64,000 bases of DNA from an uncultured Solirubrobacterales bacterium (lineage in GTDB: Bacteria; Actinomycetota; Thermoleophilia; Solirubrobacterales; Solirubrobacteraceae). Positions 26,726-36,986 of the stretch are shown piece after piece. Below the pieces are notes generated by a model. That model did no database searches, was not told the origin of the DNA, and saw nothing but the letters and a program-made list of their open reading frames with translations. The first letter of the stretch is position 1. The number at the start of each line of letters is the position of its first letter. The position numbers and the translations under genes are program-made. Where the stretch lies: NCBI GenBank assembly GCA_963770405.1, contig CAVYPO010000003.1, positions 153,120-217,119 of the forward strand. Direction: 5' to 3'.

Positions 26726-27294
26726 TCTTCGCGCCGACACCCTCGCAGACCGTCGGGCCGTTCTTCTCCATCGGGCTCCCGTGGCCCGGCGGGCCGGACG
26801 CATACGCGCCGGGCTCCCCCGGTCCGGCGGCGATCACCATCTCGGGCTCCGTCTACGACGGCGCGGGCGAGATCGTGCCCGACAACCTGATCGAGACCTG
26901 GCAGGCCGACCCCGAGGGCCGCTTCGCCGACCTGCACGGTCACGGCGGGCCGCCCTCCGGGCTGGCGGGCTTCCGCGGCTTCGCCCGCTCGGGCGCCGAG
27001 ATCGGCGACGGCACCTGGGCGATCCGCACGCTCAAGCCCGGGCCCCTGCCGGCGCTCGGCGGCGGCCGCCAGGCTCCCCACATCGACGTCTCGGTGTTCG
27101 CCCGCGGCCTGCTGCACCGCTGCGTGACGCGGATCTACTTCGCCGACGAGGCCGACGCCAACGCCCAGGACGCGGTGCTGCTGTCGGTCCCCGCCGATCG
27201 CCGCGAAACGCTGCTGGCCCAGCCCGTTGACGGCGGCTACCGCTTCGACATCCACCTGCAGGGCCCCGGGGAGACCGTCTTCTTTGCCCTCTGA
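26722..27294 (+). CDS. pcaG: protocatechuate 3,4-dioxygenase alpha subunit
   Basis: GTG 26722 overlaps the pcaH stop (GTGA). 'TPSQTVGPFF', 'IETWQADPEGRF', 'APHIDVSVFARGLL'. Confidence 0.9.
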   Translation: MIFAPTPSQTVGPFFSIGLPWPGGPDAYAPGSPGPAAITISGSVYDGAGEIVPDNLIETWQADPEGRFADLHGHGGPPSGLAGFRGFARSGAEIGDGTWAIRTLKPGPLPALGGGRQAPHIDVSVFARGLLHRCVTRIYFADEADANAQDAVLLSVPADRRETLLAQPVDGGYRFDIHLQGPGETVFFAL

Positions 27295-28387
27295 GGCGCT
27301 GTTCGCCGGCGTCTTCGCTCGCGGCGGCGTCGCCGCCGAGGTCTGCAGCGAGGCGTGGCTGCAGGCGATGCTCGACACCGAGGCGGCGCTGGCCCGGGTC
27401 ACCGCGCCGGCGGCCGCCGCCGACACGATCGCGGCCGCCTGCCGCGCGGACGCGTTCGACCTGCCGGCCATCGCCACCGCCGGCGCCGCCGGCGGCAACC
27501 CGGTCATCCCGCTGGTGGCCGCCCTGCGCGAGCGCGTCGGCCCCGAGGCGGCCGCGCACGTCCACGACGGAGCGACCAGCCAGGACGTCCTCGACACCGC
27601 GGCGATGCTCATCGCGGCGCGCTCGCTGCCGATCCTCGGCGCCGACGCCCGCGCCGTCGCCGACGGCTGCGCGGCGCTCGCCGCCGCCTATCGCGACACG
27701 CCGATGATCGGCCGCACGCTGCTGCGCCAGGCGCTACCGACAACGTTCGGGCTGAAGGCGGCGAGCTGGATGAGCGGTGTCGACGCGGCGCGCAGCGCGC
27801 TCGGCGCGTTCACCCCGGAGGTCCAGCTCGGCGGGCCGGTCGGCACGCTGTCCCCGTCCGCCGCGGCCGCGCTCGCCGCCGAGCTCGAGCTGGCCGAGCC
27901 CACCCTTCCATGGCACGCCGAGCGCTCGCTGATCGTCTCGCTGGCCGCCGCGCTGACAATGCTCACCGGCGCGCTCGGACGCATCGGCCGCGACGTCAGC
28001 CTGCTCGCCCAGGACGAGGTGGCCGAGGTCGAGCTGGCCGCGTCCGGCGGGTCCTCCTCGATGGGCCACAAGCGAAACCCGGTGGCCGCGGTGGCGCTCG
28101 TGGCCTGCGCCCAGCGCGCTCCCGGACTGCTGGCCACCCTGGCGGGGTCGATGGTGGGGGAGCATGAGCGCGCGGCGGGGGCTTGGCACGCCGAGTGGGA
28201 GCCGCTCAGCGACCTGTTGCGCCTCGCCGGCTCGGCGGCCGCGTGGGGTCACGAGCTGATCGCCGGGCTGCGCGTCGACGCCGAGCGGATGCAGCGCAAC
28301 CTCGCCGACGCCGTCGCCCGCCACGGGATCGCCGCCGACCCGGGCGCCGCCGGCGAGCTCGTCGACCGCGCCCTGGCCGCTCGATGA
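27284..28387 (+). CDS. pcaB: 3-carboxy-cis,cis-muconate cycloisomerase (short form)
   Basis: Class-II lyase signature 'GGSSSMGHKRNP', 'GATSQDVLDTA'. Start uncertain (TTG 27284). About 367 aa, shorter at the C-terminus than the roughly 450 aa I recall for PcaB. Confidence 0.82.
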   Translation: MPSEALFAGVFARGGVAAEVCSEAWLQAMLDTEAALARVTAPAAAADTIAAACRADAFDLPAIATAGAAGGNPVIPLVAALRERVGPEAAAHVHDGATSQDVLDTAAMLIAARSLPILGADARAVADGCAALAAAYRDTPMIGRTLLRQALPTTFGLKAASWMSGVDAARSALGAFTPEVQLGGPVGTLSPSAAAALAAELELAEPTLPWHAERSLIVSLAAALTMLTGALGRIGRDVSLLAQDEVAEVELAASGGSSSMGHKRNPVAAVALVACAQRAPGLLATLAGSMVGEHERAAGAWHAEWEPLSDLLRLAGSAAAWGHELIAGLRVDAERMQRNLADAVARHGIAADPGAAGELVDRALAAR

Positions 28388-29106
28388 CCCTTGTCCTCTC
28401 CGGCTCGCTCGGCACCACCACAGCCATGTGGGATCCGCTGCTCGCCCACCTCGACGGCACGCCCACCCTGGCCTACGACCACCGCGGCCACGGCAGCGCC
28501 CCGGTCCCCCGCGGTCCGTACTCGCTGGCCGACCTCGGCGGCGACGTCATCGCCATGCTCGACGCGCGCGGCCTGCGGACCGTCGATTTCTGCGGCCTGT
28601 CGCTCGGGGGCATGGTGGGCATGTGGCTGGCCGCGCACCACTCCGAGCGCATCGAGCGCCTGGTGCTGTGCTGCACCGCCGCGCACCTGAACCCCGACAG
28701 CTACGCCACCCGCGCGCGCGAGGTCCGCGCCGCCGGCAGCGTCGAGCCGCTCGCCGACACGGTGCTGGAACGGTGGCTCACCCCGGCCTACGCCCGCGAG
28801 CACCCCGACGTCGCCGCCGACCTGCGCGCCCAGCTCGCGCACACCCCGGCGGAGGGCTACGCCGCCTGCTGCGAGGCGATCGCCTCCATGGACCTGCGCC
28901 CCGACCTGCAACGCATCAACGCGCCGACGCTGTGCATCGCCGCGCGTGAGGACCCGGCCACGCCGCCCGAGCACCTGCAAGCCATCACCGCGGCCATCGC
29001 CCGCTCCCACCTCCACACGCTCTCACCGTGCGCCCACCTCGCCCCCGTCGAGCGGGCGCGGGACGTGGCGACCCTCATCCTCGACCACCTAAGGAGCGAC
29101 CCATGA
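28384..29106 (+). CDS. pcaD: 3-oxoadipate enol-lactonase
   Basis: ATGA overlap with pcaB. Alpha/beta hydrolase 'GLSLGGMVG'. 240 aa. Confidence 0.88.
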   Translation: MTLVLSGSLGTTTAMWDPLLAHLDGTPTLAYDHRGHGSAPVPRGPYSLADLGGDVIAMLDARGLRTVDFCGLSLGGMVGMWLAAHHSERIERLVLCCTAAHLNPDSYATRAREVRAAGSVEPLADTVLERWLTPAYAREHPDVAADLRAQLAHTPAEGYAACCEAIASMDLRPDLQRINAPTLCIAAREDPATPPEHLQAITAAIARSHLHTLSPCAHLAPVERARDVATLILDHLRSDP

Positions 29107-29468
29107 GCGACCCCCTCTACGACGAGGGCATGCGCGTGCGGCGCGAGGTCCTCGGCGACGAGCACGTCGACCGCGCGATGGAGGCGGCCACGCCGCTCAC
29201 GCGCCCGTTTCAGGAATACATCACCCGCTGCGCATGGGGGTCGGTGTGGTCTCGCGAGGGCCTGGACCGCCGCACCCGCTCGGCCATCACGCTCGCCGTG
29301 CTCGCCGCGCTCGGCCGCGAGCACGAGCTGGCCATGCACGTGCGGGCGGCCCGGCGCAACGGGCTCAGCGAGGAGGAGATCGGCGAGGTGCTCCTGCACA
29401 CGGCCGTGTACGCGGGCGCGCCGGCTGCCAACCGGGCGCTGGCCATCGCGCAGGAGGAGCTCGGCTGA
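29103..29468 (+). CDS. pcaC: 4-carboxymuconolactone decarboxylase
   Basis: ATGA overlap with pcaD. 121 aa. CMD-family 'WSREGLDRRTRSAITLAVLAALGREHELAMHVRAARRNG'. Confidence 0.9.
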   Translation: MSDPLYDEGMRVRREVLGDEHVDRAMEAATPLTRPFQEYITRCAWGSVWSREGLDRRTRSAITLAVLAALGREHELAMHVRAARRNGLSEEEIGEVLLHTAVYAGAPAANRALAIAQEELG

Positions 29469-29476
29469 GCTCCCCC

Positions 29477-31156
29477 CTAGCCCTTGGGCGCGATCTTCAG
29501 GCTGCGCGTCGTCACCACGGTCCGGCCGCCGATCTGCTGCGACAGGATGAGCGTGGCGGTGAGACGGCCGTGGTCGGCCTTCAGCAGCTTCTGGCCCGCC
29601 TTGCTCAATGACAGCGAGATCGCCTTGGACCTGCCGGTGATGACGAACCGGCCGCTGGCCAGCGTCACGGTGACGTGCTTGACCGGCTTGCTGGCCGCGA
29701 CCGCCGGGTCGATTGTCATGGTCAGGTTGACGGTGCACGGCACGACCGCGCAGGTGATGGTGACGGTCACGCTCCTGGCGGTGCTCGTGGCCGATCCGCT
29801 GGCTTGTGCGGTGGCGGCGATCGGGGCGTCACTGGCCGCGAACTGCTGGGCGATCACCGAGCCGTTGTCGGTCCAGGCCACCCAGCCCTGCCCGCTCTCG
29901 CCCACCGCGCTGTCGACGTCGGCCTCGCTGCCGTCGGTGTTGGGACTCAACGTCACCGGACCGGCCCAGCTCGCGCCCCCCTTCTCGCTGTAGGCGAACT
30001 CGATCGGGCCGCCGGCGCCGGCCAGGTAGGTCGCGTACACGCCCCCCGAGCCGTCCTGGGAGACGGAGGCTGACTCCTCGCCCTGCTTGGCGATCAGCGC
30101 CGGCGGAGTGTCGAACTTGCCGGTCGTCGCGTCGAAGCGGTGATAGACGGTGGAGTTCGTGCCCAGGTCGTCCTCGACGACGCCGAAGCCGCTCGGGCCG
30201 CCCCCGACCGCCGGATACTCCACGTCGCAGTCGGCCTGGCTGACCGGCACCTTCCAGGCGCTGTTCGGGGAACCCGGCGAGATGTTGTAGTTGTTGGTCG
30301 CGCTCTGGGTGCCGCTGCCGTAGGCGTAGGCGGTGCCGAACCCGGACGCGCCGGAGCAGCCGAGCGGAGGCGTGGAGAAGTCGGTGTTGAAGATGGCCAG
30401 CACGCCCGGGCTCTGCCCCACCTCGGAGGCGAACTGGCCGCCGGCGTTGCCGATCTGGTCGGGGTTGGTGCTCGGCTGAAGCGTCGCGGAGCCCGCCGCG
30501 CACATCATGTCCGAGCACTCCGGCGGCGAGGTCAGCGGGAACGCGTTGAAGGTCGGCGGTGAGGCGCCCGCCGTGTTGAAGCCGTAGCCGAGCACGTTCG
30601 TGCCGGGCAGCACGACCCCGCTGAGCGGCGCGGTGTCGGCGTTGACCGAGCCGCTGGTCACCGACAGGCCGCCATTGACCTGGGTGAAGGTCGCGCCGCC
30701 GTCGGTGGACTGCCACTCCTGCTCGGGCTCGTAGTCGAGGGCCATGTTGCCCTGCGCCCCGTAGACGTCGGCGAGGATCACCACGGTCGACCCATCCACG
30801 AGCACCTGCACGCCGTCGATGTTGGTCGCGCCGTCCGCCGGGGTGAGGGTGCCCGTGTGCGAGCAGGCCGTCGCGCCGGCGGGGATCGCACAGTACTGGA
30901 CCACGTCGGTGGTGTTGGGAGGCAGGTCCTTGGTGTTGGCCCACGCGACGTACCCGGTGCCGCTGCTGCCGTCCACGGCCACGGCCGGCGGGCCGCTCTC
31001 GTACGGCGTGCCCACGTTGATCGGCTTGCCGCTGAGCGCCAGGGCGCTGCCCGTGAGCCCGAGCACAAGGGCGCCCGTGAGCGCACCGCCCAACACCAAC
31101 CCGCGAAGCCCGCGGCCCAGTCCTGTGATCGCTCGCCCGGCGTCGCTGGCACTCAT
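29477..31156 (-). CDS. secreted hypothetical protein (sialidase/BNR-like beta-propeller impression) with beta-rich C-terminal module
   Basis: Start ATG 31156. Signal 'LVLGGALTGALVLGLTGSALA'. 'QSTDGGATF' and 'SEKGGASW' BNR-like motifs. Ends '..TTRSLKIAPKG'. Confidence 0.7.
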   Translation of the reverse strand: MSASDAGRAITGLGRGLRGLVLGGALTGALVLGLTGSALALSGKPINVGTPYESGPPAVAVDGSSGTGYVAWANTKDLPPNTTDVVQYCAIPAGATACSHTGTLTPADGATNIDGVQVLVDGSTVVILADVYGAQGNMALDYEPEQEWQSTDGGATFTQVNGGLSVTSGSVNADTAPLSGVVLPGTNVLGYGFNTAGASPPTFNAFPLTSPPECSDMMCAAGSATLQPSTNPDQIGNAGGQFASEVGQSPGVLAIFNTDFSTPPLGCSGASGFGTAYAYGSGTQSATNNYNISPGSPNSAWKVPVSQADCDVEYPAVGGGPSGFGVVEDDLGTNSTVYHRFDATTGKFDTPPALIAKQGEESASVSQDGSGGVYATYLAGAGGPIEFAYSEKGGASWAGPVTLSPNTDGSEADVDSAVGESGQGWVAWTDNGSVIAQQFAASDAPIAATAQASGSATSTARSVTVTITCAVVPCTVNLTMTIDPAVAASKPVKHVTVTLASGRFVITGRSKAISLSLSKAGQKLLKADHGRLTATLILSQQIGGRTVVTTRSLKIAPKG

Positions 31157-31231
31157 GTGCGCCCCCTGATGATCGTGGTTGGCCCCTCGATCACCGCTGA
31201 CCGTGGTCGGACTGAGCATAGCCCGCCCGGG

Positions 31232-31252
31232 GGCGCCCTCCCGCCGGGCGCC
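31232..31252 (-). terminator. GC hairpin GGCGCCC-N7-GGGCGCC 34 nt after the aldehyde dehydrogenase stop
   Basis: Perfect 7-bp stem, no U-tract. Confidence 0.3.
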
Positions 31253-31285
31253 GGGGCCGGGGGCCGCGCCGGCGGCCGCGACCGC

Positions 31286-32743
31286 TCAGAACGGATACGC
31301 CGGGATCGCGCGGCTGAGCGTCAGCCACTGCGTCTCGGTGAACGCCTCCACGTTGGCCTGCGCCCCGCCCAGGCGCGCGCCGTTCCCGGACACGCCGACG
31401 CCGCCGAACGGGATGTTCGCCTCGTCGCCGACCGTCTGGTCGTTGATGTGCACGAGCCCGCTGGGGATCCGGTCGGCCAGCTCGAGCCCCTCCATGGCGT
31501 CGCCGGCGAGGATCGCCAGCGAGAGACCGTAATCGGTGGCGCGGGCCAGCCGGACGGCGTCATCGATCGTGGAAAAGGACAGCACCGGCGCCACCGGCCC
31601 GAACACCTCCTCCGCGAACGCCGGGCTCCAGACGCCCACGTCGGTCAGCACCGTCGGCCGGTAGAACAATCCCTCGAAGCTCCCGCCGGCCGCCACCCGC
31701 GCCCCGGCGGCCGCGCTGGCCTGGACCAGCTCGTGCACGTGGTCGCGCTGACGCTCGTCGATGATCGGCCCGAGCGCGACCGGCTCGGTGGCCGGGTCGC
31801 CCACCGCCAGCGCGTCGGCCTTGGCGGCCAGGCGCGTCACGTATTCGTCGGCCAGGCTCTCGTGCACGAGGTGACGACCGGTGGTCATGCAGATCTGGCC
31901 CTGGTGCAGGAACGAGCCCCAGGCCGCGGCGCCGACCGCCCGCTCGAGATCGGCGCCGGGCAGCACGATCAGCGCCGAGTTGCCGCCGAGCTCCAGGTGT
32001 GCGCGCTTGAGCTGGCGCGCGGCGCGCTCCCCGACGCGGCGCCCGGCCGCCGTCGACCCGGTGAACGACACCACGCGCACCTCGGGCGCGTCGACGAGCG
32101 CCTCGCCCACCTCGGCCCCGCCGGGCAGCACGTGCAGGACGCCCTCGGGCAGCCCCGCCTCCTCGAACACGCGGGCCAGGGCGACGCCGCCGCTCACCGC
32201 GGTGCGAGGATCGGGCTTGAGCACGACGGCGTTGCCGAGCGCCAGCGCCGGCGCCACCGAGCGGATCGCGAGGATGAGCGGGAAGTTGAACGGGGCGATC
32301 ACCGCGACGACGCCGCTGGGCAGGCGGCGGGCCATGCTCAGCCGCGGCTCGGTCGAGGGCAGCAGCTCACCGTAGGGTCGCGACGGCAGCGCGGCCGCCT
32401 CGAAGCACTCGGCGGCGGCCACGTGGGTCTCCAGGCTGGCCTTCGGCGGGATCGAGCCCGCCTCGCGCACGATCCAGTCCTCGATCTCCTCGGCGTGGCG
32501 CCCCCACAGGTCGCCGGCGCGGCGCAGCACGCCGGCGCGCTCCTCGTGCCCGGTGGCCGCCCAGGCGACCTGCGCCTCGGCGGCGGCGCCGGCCGCCCGC
32601 ACGGCATCGACGGCATCGGCGGCCCCGAGGCGGCCGAGCTCGGCGCCGGTGGCCGGCTCGACGACGGCGTACTCGCCGCCACCACCGGCTCGCCAGCCAC
32701 CGCTGCGAATGCGCCCGTGCCAGTCCACACCCAGGAAGCTCAT
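31286..32743 (-). CDS. NAD(P)-dependent aldehyde dehydrogenase (benzaldehyde/vanillin dehydrogenase-like)
   Basis: 485 aa. 'ELGGNSA' and catalytic 'GQICMTTGR' motifs, 'VSFTGSTAAG'. Confidence 0.92.
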   Translation of the reverse strand: MSFLGVDWHGRIRSGGWRAGGGGEYAVVEPATGAELGRLGAADAVDAVRAAGAAAEAQVAWAATGHEERAGVLRRAGDLWGRHAEEIEDWIVREAGSIPPKASLETHVAAAECFEAAALPSRPYGELLPSTEPRLSMARRLPSGVVAVIAPFNFPLILAIRSVAPALALGNAVVLKPDPRTAVSGGVALARVFEEAGLPEGVLHVLPGGAEVGEALVDAPEVRVVSFTGSTAAGRRVGERAARQLKRAHLELGGNSALIVLPGADLERAVGAAAWGSFLHQGQICMTTGRHLVHESLADEYVTRLAAKADALAVGDPATEPVALGPIIDERQRDHVHELVQASAAAGARVAAGGSFEGLFYRPTVLTDVGVWSPAFAEEVFGPVAPVLSFSTIDDAVRLARATDYGLSLAILAGDAMEGLELADRIPSGLVHINDQTVGDEANIPFGGVGVSGNGARLGGAQANVEAFTETQWLTLSRAIPAYPF

Positions 32744-32831
32744 CGATGCACCTCCGCTGTCGCCTTCGCCACCCCGCCCAGCGTACAGCGGGGGCGGAGC
32801 CCGCGCGGCGCATCGAGGGGCGGATTGTGAT

Positions 32832-32855
32832 TCACTAGAGCGATCGCTCTAGTGA
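32832..32855. promoter_or_regulatory. perfect 24-bp palindrome TCACTAGAGCGA|TCGCTCTAGTGA, operator-like
   Basis: Located in the 131-bp divergent gap, 19 nt upstream of the hydrolase ATG (32875). Markedly AT-richer than its surroundings. Confidence 0.45.
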
Positions 32856-32874
32856 CACGGGGAAAGGTGACGCG

Positions 32875-33738
32875 ATGCCCGAGATCGAACTGTCAGCGGG
32901 GACGATTCACTACGAGGACAGCGGCGGTGAGGGGCCGGTGCTCGTCCTCATCCACGGCCTGCTCATGGACGCCAGCATGTGGGATCCGGTGCTGGCCGAG
33001 CTCGGCCGCGGTTACCGCGTGGTGCGCCCGGTGCTGCCGCTCGGCTCCCATCCCTACCCGATGCGCCCGGGCGCCGACCTGAGCATGCGCGGCATCGCGG
33101 GCCTGATCGGTGAGCTGCTGCAGCGGCTCGACCTGCGCGAGGTCACCCTCGGCGCCACCGACTGGGGCGGGCCGATCGTGTTCCTGGCCGACGCGCCGGC
33201 CGAGCAGGTGCAGCGCGTGGCCCGACTGGTGCTGCTGCCCTGCGAGGCGTTCGAGAACGTCCCGCCCGGGCTGCCGGGGCGGACGGCCGCACTGGCCGGC
33301 TACCTCCCGGGCGGCATCCGCCTCGCGGTGGCCCAACTCGGCGTGCGCCGCCTGCGCGAGCTGCCCACCCACTTCGGATGGATGACCACCCGCGGCGTGC
33401 CCGACGCGATGCTGCGCGGCTGGCTGGCGCCGGCGCGCACCGAGCCGGGCGTGCGCCGCGACGTGGCCCGCTACTCCCGCAGCGGGCGAGCCGCGCGGCC
33501 GGTGCTGCGCGCGGCCACCGAGGCGCTCTCGCGCTTCAGCGGGCCCGCGCTGATCGTGTGGTCGGTCCGCGACCGCGTCATGCCGATCGAGCACGCGCGG
33601 CGCATGGCCCGGCTGCTGCCCGACGCCCACCTGGTCGAGCTGCCCGACGGCTACACGCTGCTGAGCCTGGACCAGCCCGCCCGCGTGGCGGCCGAGCTGC
33701 ACGCGTTCATGGGCGAGCGCGTCGGGGCGACCGCCTGA
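32875..33738 (+). CDS. alpha/beta hydrolase (haloalkane dehalogenase/epoxide hydrolase-like)
   Basis: 287 aa. 'VLVLIHGLLMD', 'GATDWGGPI' nucleophile region (Asp type), C-terminal His region. Confidence 0.85.
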   Translation: MPEIELSAGTIHYEDSGGEGPVLVLIHGLLMDASMWDPVLAELGRGYRVVRPVLPLGSHPYPMRPGADLSMRGIAGLIGELLQRLDLREVTLGATDWGGPIVFLADAPAEQVQRVARLVLLPCEAFENVPPGLPGRTAALAGYLPGGIRLAVAQLGVRRLRELPTHFGWMTTRGVPDAMLRGWLAPARTEPGVRRDVARYSRSGRAARPVLRAATEALSRFSGPALIVWSVRDRVMPIEHARRMARLLPDAHLVELPDGYTLLSLDQPARVAAELHAFMGERVGATA

Positions 33739-33841
33739 CGGGCGGCCACAATGCTCAGGCCGAATGTCGATCCGGCGTCGCCCCGTTCGTCGTTGGGCAG
33801 AACGGCCGGCCACCGGGGCGGGCCCACCACGGGGAGTGTTC

Positions 33842-33988
33842 ATGCGCTACATGCTGTTGCTGTACGTCTCTCGCGACGAGGCGCTCGAGCTCGCGGCCCG
33901 CTGCCCCACCGCGCGAGACGGCACCGTCGAGGTGCGTGAGCTCATCGACATCTCCGGCATCCCGGGCGGCTCCGCCGCGACCCCTTGA
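33842..33988 (+). pseudogene. YCII-family gene remnant with large internal deletion
   Basis: 'MRYMLLLY' (typical YCII start) is joined directly to 'DEALELAARCPTARDGTVEVRE' (typical YCII end). 48 aa versus the roughly 110-120 aa I recall for the family. Confidence 0.45.
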
Positions 33989-33993
33989 CGCGG

Positions 33994-34830
33994 CTACACC
34001 GAGGTGCCGCCGGCGAGCGCGGGCAGCGTGACCGCGCCGGGCGGGGCGGTGATCGCGGGCGCGCGATTGAACTGGCCGATGTTGATGACCTCGCCCACCG
34101 TCGTGTTCGTGACGTCGTCCCTGGTCTCGTGGCAGGCGGCGTCGGGCTTGCCTCCCGGCGTCTGGGGCCCGGTCTGCACCGCCCGCAACGGCAGCGGCGG
34201 TCCGCTGGCGGCCAGGTAGTACAGCCCGGGCGTGCCGCCGGGGACGTTCCCGCTGTCGGCCAGCACGATCACCGGCTGGCCGTTGACAACGGCGCGGCCC
34301 CTGACCGTGATCGTGCCGAGATGGGGACCGAGGGTGCAGCGTCCCACCGTCGCGGGGTCCGCGCTGGCGAGCAGGCTGCCCAGGCCGGGCGCGGAAGCGG
34401 ACGGAAGGATGAGCCACCGGTTGGCCAGCCGCTCCACCGCCGCCGCCGGCGTGCCCTGCGCGGCCCAGTAGGCCGCGTTGGCGTTGAGGTACAGCGCGCT
34501 GCCGATGACGATGAACTGCACCGACCCCTTGCCCTGGCTGAGCGTGGCGTGCAATCGGCCGGGCAGTTGCACGTCGACGCTGATGGCGACGGGCCGCCCG
34601 GACTCGCTGCCATGCCCCTCGAACGAGAAGCTGTGCACCCGGCCCAGGGCCGCCTGGGCGTCGGCGAGGATCTGGCTCGCCGGCTTGGACGCCTCGCCGA
34701 TGGAGGACGAAGGGCTCGAGCCACCGCACCCGGCCAGCGCGACGGCCAGCGCGACGCCCAGCGCGACGGTCGGCGCGACCGCGGCGAGCCGGCGGGCCGG
34801 CACGGCTCTCACCGACGCGCCGCGGCTCAC
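33994..34830 (-). CDS. lipoprotein (LolA/LppX-like impression)
   Basis: GTG 34830 overlaps the permease stop. Lipobox 'ALAGCGG'. 278 aa, intact. Confidence 0.7.
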   Translation of the reverse strand: MSRGASVRAVPARRLAAVAPTVALGVALAVALAGCGGSSPSSSIGEASKPASQILADAQAALGRVHSFSFEGHGSESGRPVAISVDVQLPGRLHATLSQGKGSVQFIVIGSALYLNANAAYWAAQGTPAAAVERLANRWLILPSASAPGLGSLLASADPATVGRCTLGPHLGTITVRGRAVVNGQPVIVLADSGNVPGGTPGLYYLAASGPPLPLRAVQTGPQTPGGKPDAACHETRDDVTNTTVGEVINIGQFNRAPAITAPPGAVTLPALAGGTSV

Positions 34831-35561
34831 ACCCGGGCGGTGTCGCGACGGTAGGCATAGCGGGCGAGCGCGGCGCACGCGACCGTCCAGACGGCGATGA
34901 CGACCCAGCCCTTCGTGCCCCACGCCGGTGCCGCCGAGGCCGACGTGGCTGGCCTGGACGAGCCACCACGAGGGCAGCAGCTGGCCGACGTGGTACAGGA
35001 ACCCCGAGGTGATCGGAAACCAGGTGCCGCCGAGGAAGGCGAACACCGCGAGCACGCCGCCGGTGGCGGGGCCGATCGAGTCGACGTTGAGCACGTGCCC
35101 GAGCCCGACGCCGAGCGCCGGCGAACGGCAGCAGGCCGACGAGGATCAGGCCGGTCATCTCCAGCCACCGGCCGGCCGGCGAGGCTGACGCCGAGCGAGG
35201 CCCCGCACAGGTAGAGCGCCACCAGCGACACCAGCGCCATCACGTAGGCGGTGATCACCTTGGCGCGGAAGTAGTCGCGCGTCGTCAGCGGCGTGATCCG
35301 CAGCTGGCGCGTCCAGCCGACGCTGCGCTCGCCGGCGATGCGCCCGCCGGAGGCGATCATCGCCGACATCGTGCCGAAGGCGGCCAGCCCGGTCATGTAG
35401 TACAGCGGCGCCGACAGGCCGGTGCCGGCGAAGTCGGCGTTGTTCTGGTTGCGGCCCGGCGATGAGGAAGTACAGCGTGATCGGAAAGCCCAGCGAGAAC
35501 ACGAGCAGCCGCCGGTTGCGCACGGTGCGCAGCAGCTCGAAGCGGGTGTAGGCGAGCGATC

Positions 35562-35565
<4 letters not shown>
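34827..35565 (-). pseudogene. ABC-2 type exporter permease, at least four frame breaks
   Basis: Recognisable segments in order: 'RSLAYTRFELLRTVRNRRLLVFSLGFPITLYFLIAGP' (ORF 35155..36690), 'MTGLAAFGTMSAMIASGGRIAGERSVGWTRQLRITPL..' (ORF 34827..35396), 'MTGLILVGLLPFA' (ORF 33755..35158), 'LNVDSIGPATGGVLAVFAFLGGTWFPITSGF..' (ORF 33994..35094), 'WGTKGWVVIAVWTVACAALARYAYRRDTARV*' (ORF 34827..35396). Confidence 0.7.
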
Positions 35566-36516
<951 letters not shown>

Positions 36517-36610
36517 GCCCCGCACGATACCCCGCGGCGCGATGGAGCTAACCCGCGCGCGTCTCTGGTCACACCTCGGCCGCCCGCGGCCCGCGGCCCG
36601 CGGCCCGCGC

Positions 36611-36940
36611 CTACGCGTAGGGCAGCCGGTCGCTTGCGCCCACGAGATCGAACAGGTGGGTGATCTGCGCGCCGTGCTCGCGGCTGACACGGAGCTTGTT
36701 GGCGTTGGCGCGGCTGGCCGCGACGGCCTCCAGCACGCAGCGGACGCCGGTCGAGTCGATGAAGGTGACGCGGCTGAGGTCGAGCAGCACCGACGGCGTC
36801 TCGGAATGGATCGCCTCGTGCAGGGCTGAGGTCAGCGCGTCGGCCGTGGCGATGTCGAGCTCACCCACGGGTCTGATCACCCGCCCGTCGGCACTCGCCT
36901 CGCTCTCGATGCGGAACGCACTCTGCGTGGAGTCGGTCAT
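36611..36940 (-). CDS. STAS-domain anti-sigma-factor antagonist
   Basis: 109 aa. 'VLLDLSRVTFIDSTGVRCVLEAV' with the conserved phosphorylatable Ser/Thr context. Confidence 0.88.
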   Translation of the reverse strand: MTDSTQSAFRIESEASADGRVIRPVGELDIATADALTSALHEAIHSETPSVLLDLSRVTFIDSTGVRCVLEAVAASRANANKLRVSREHGAQITHLFDLVGASDRLPYA

Positions 36941-36986
36941 GACACCTCCAAACGTCCAACCCGTCAGGACCCGTTGGGAGGCAATT

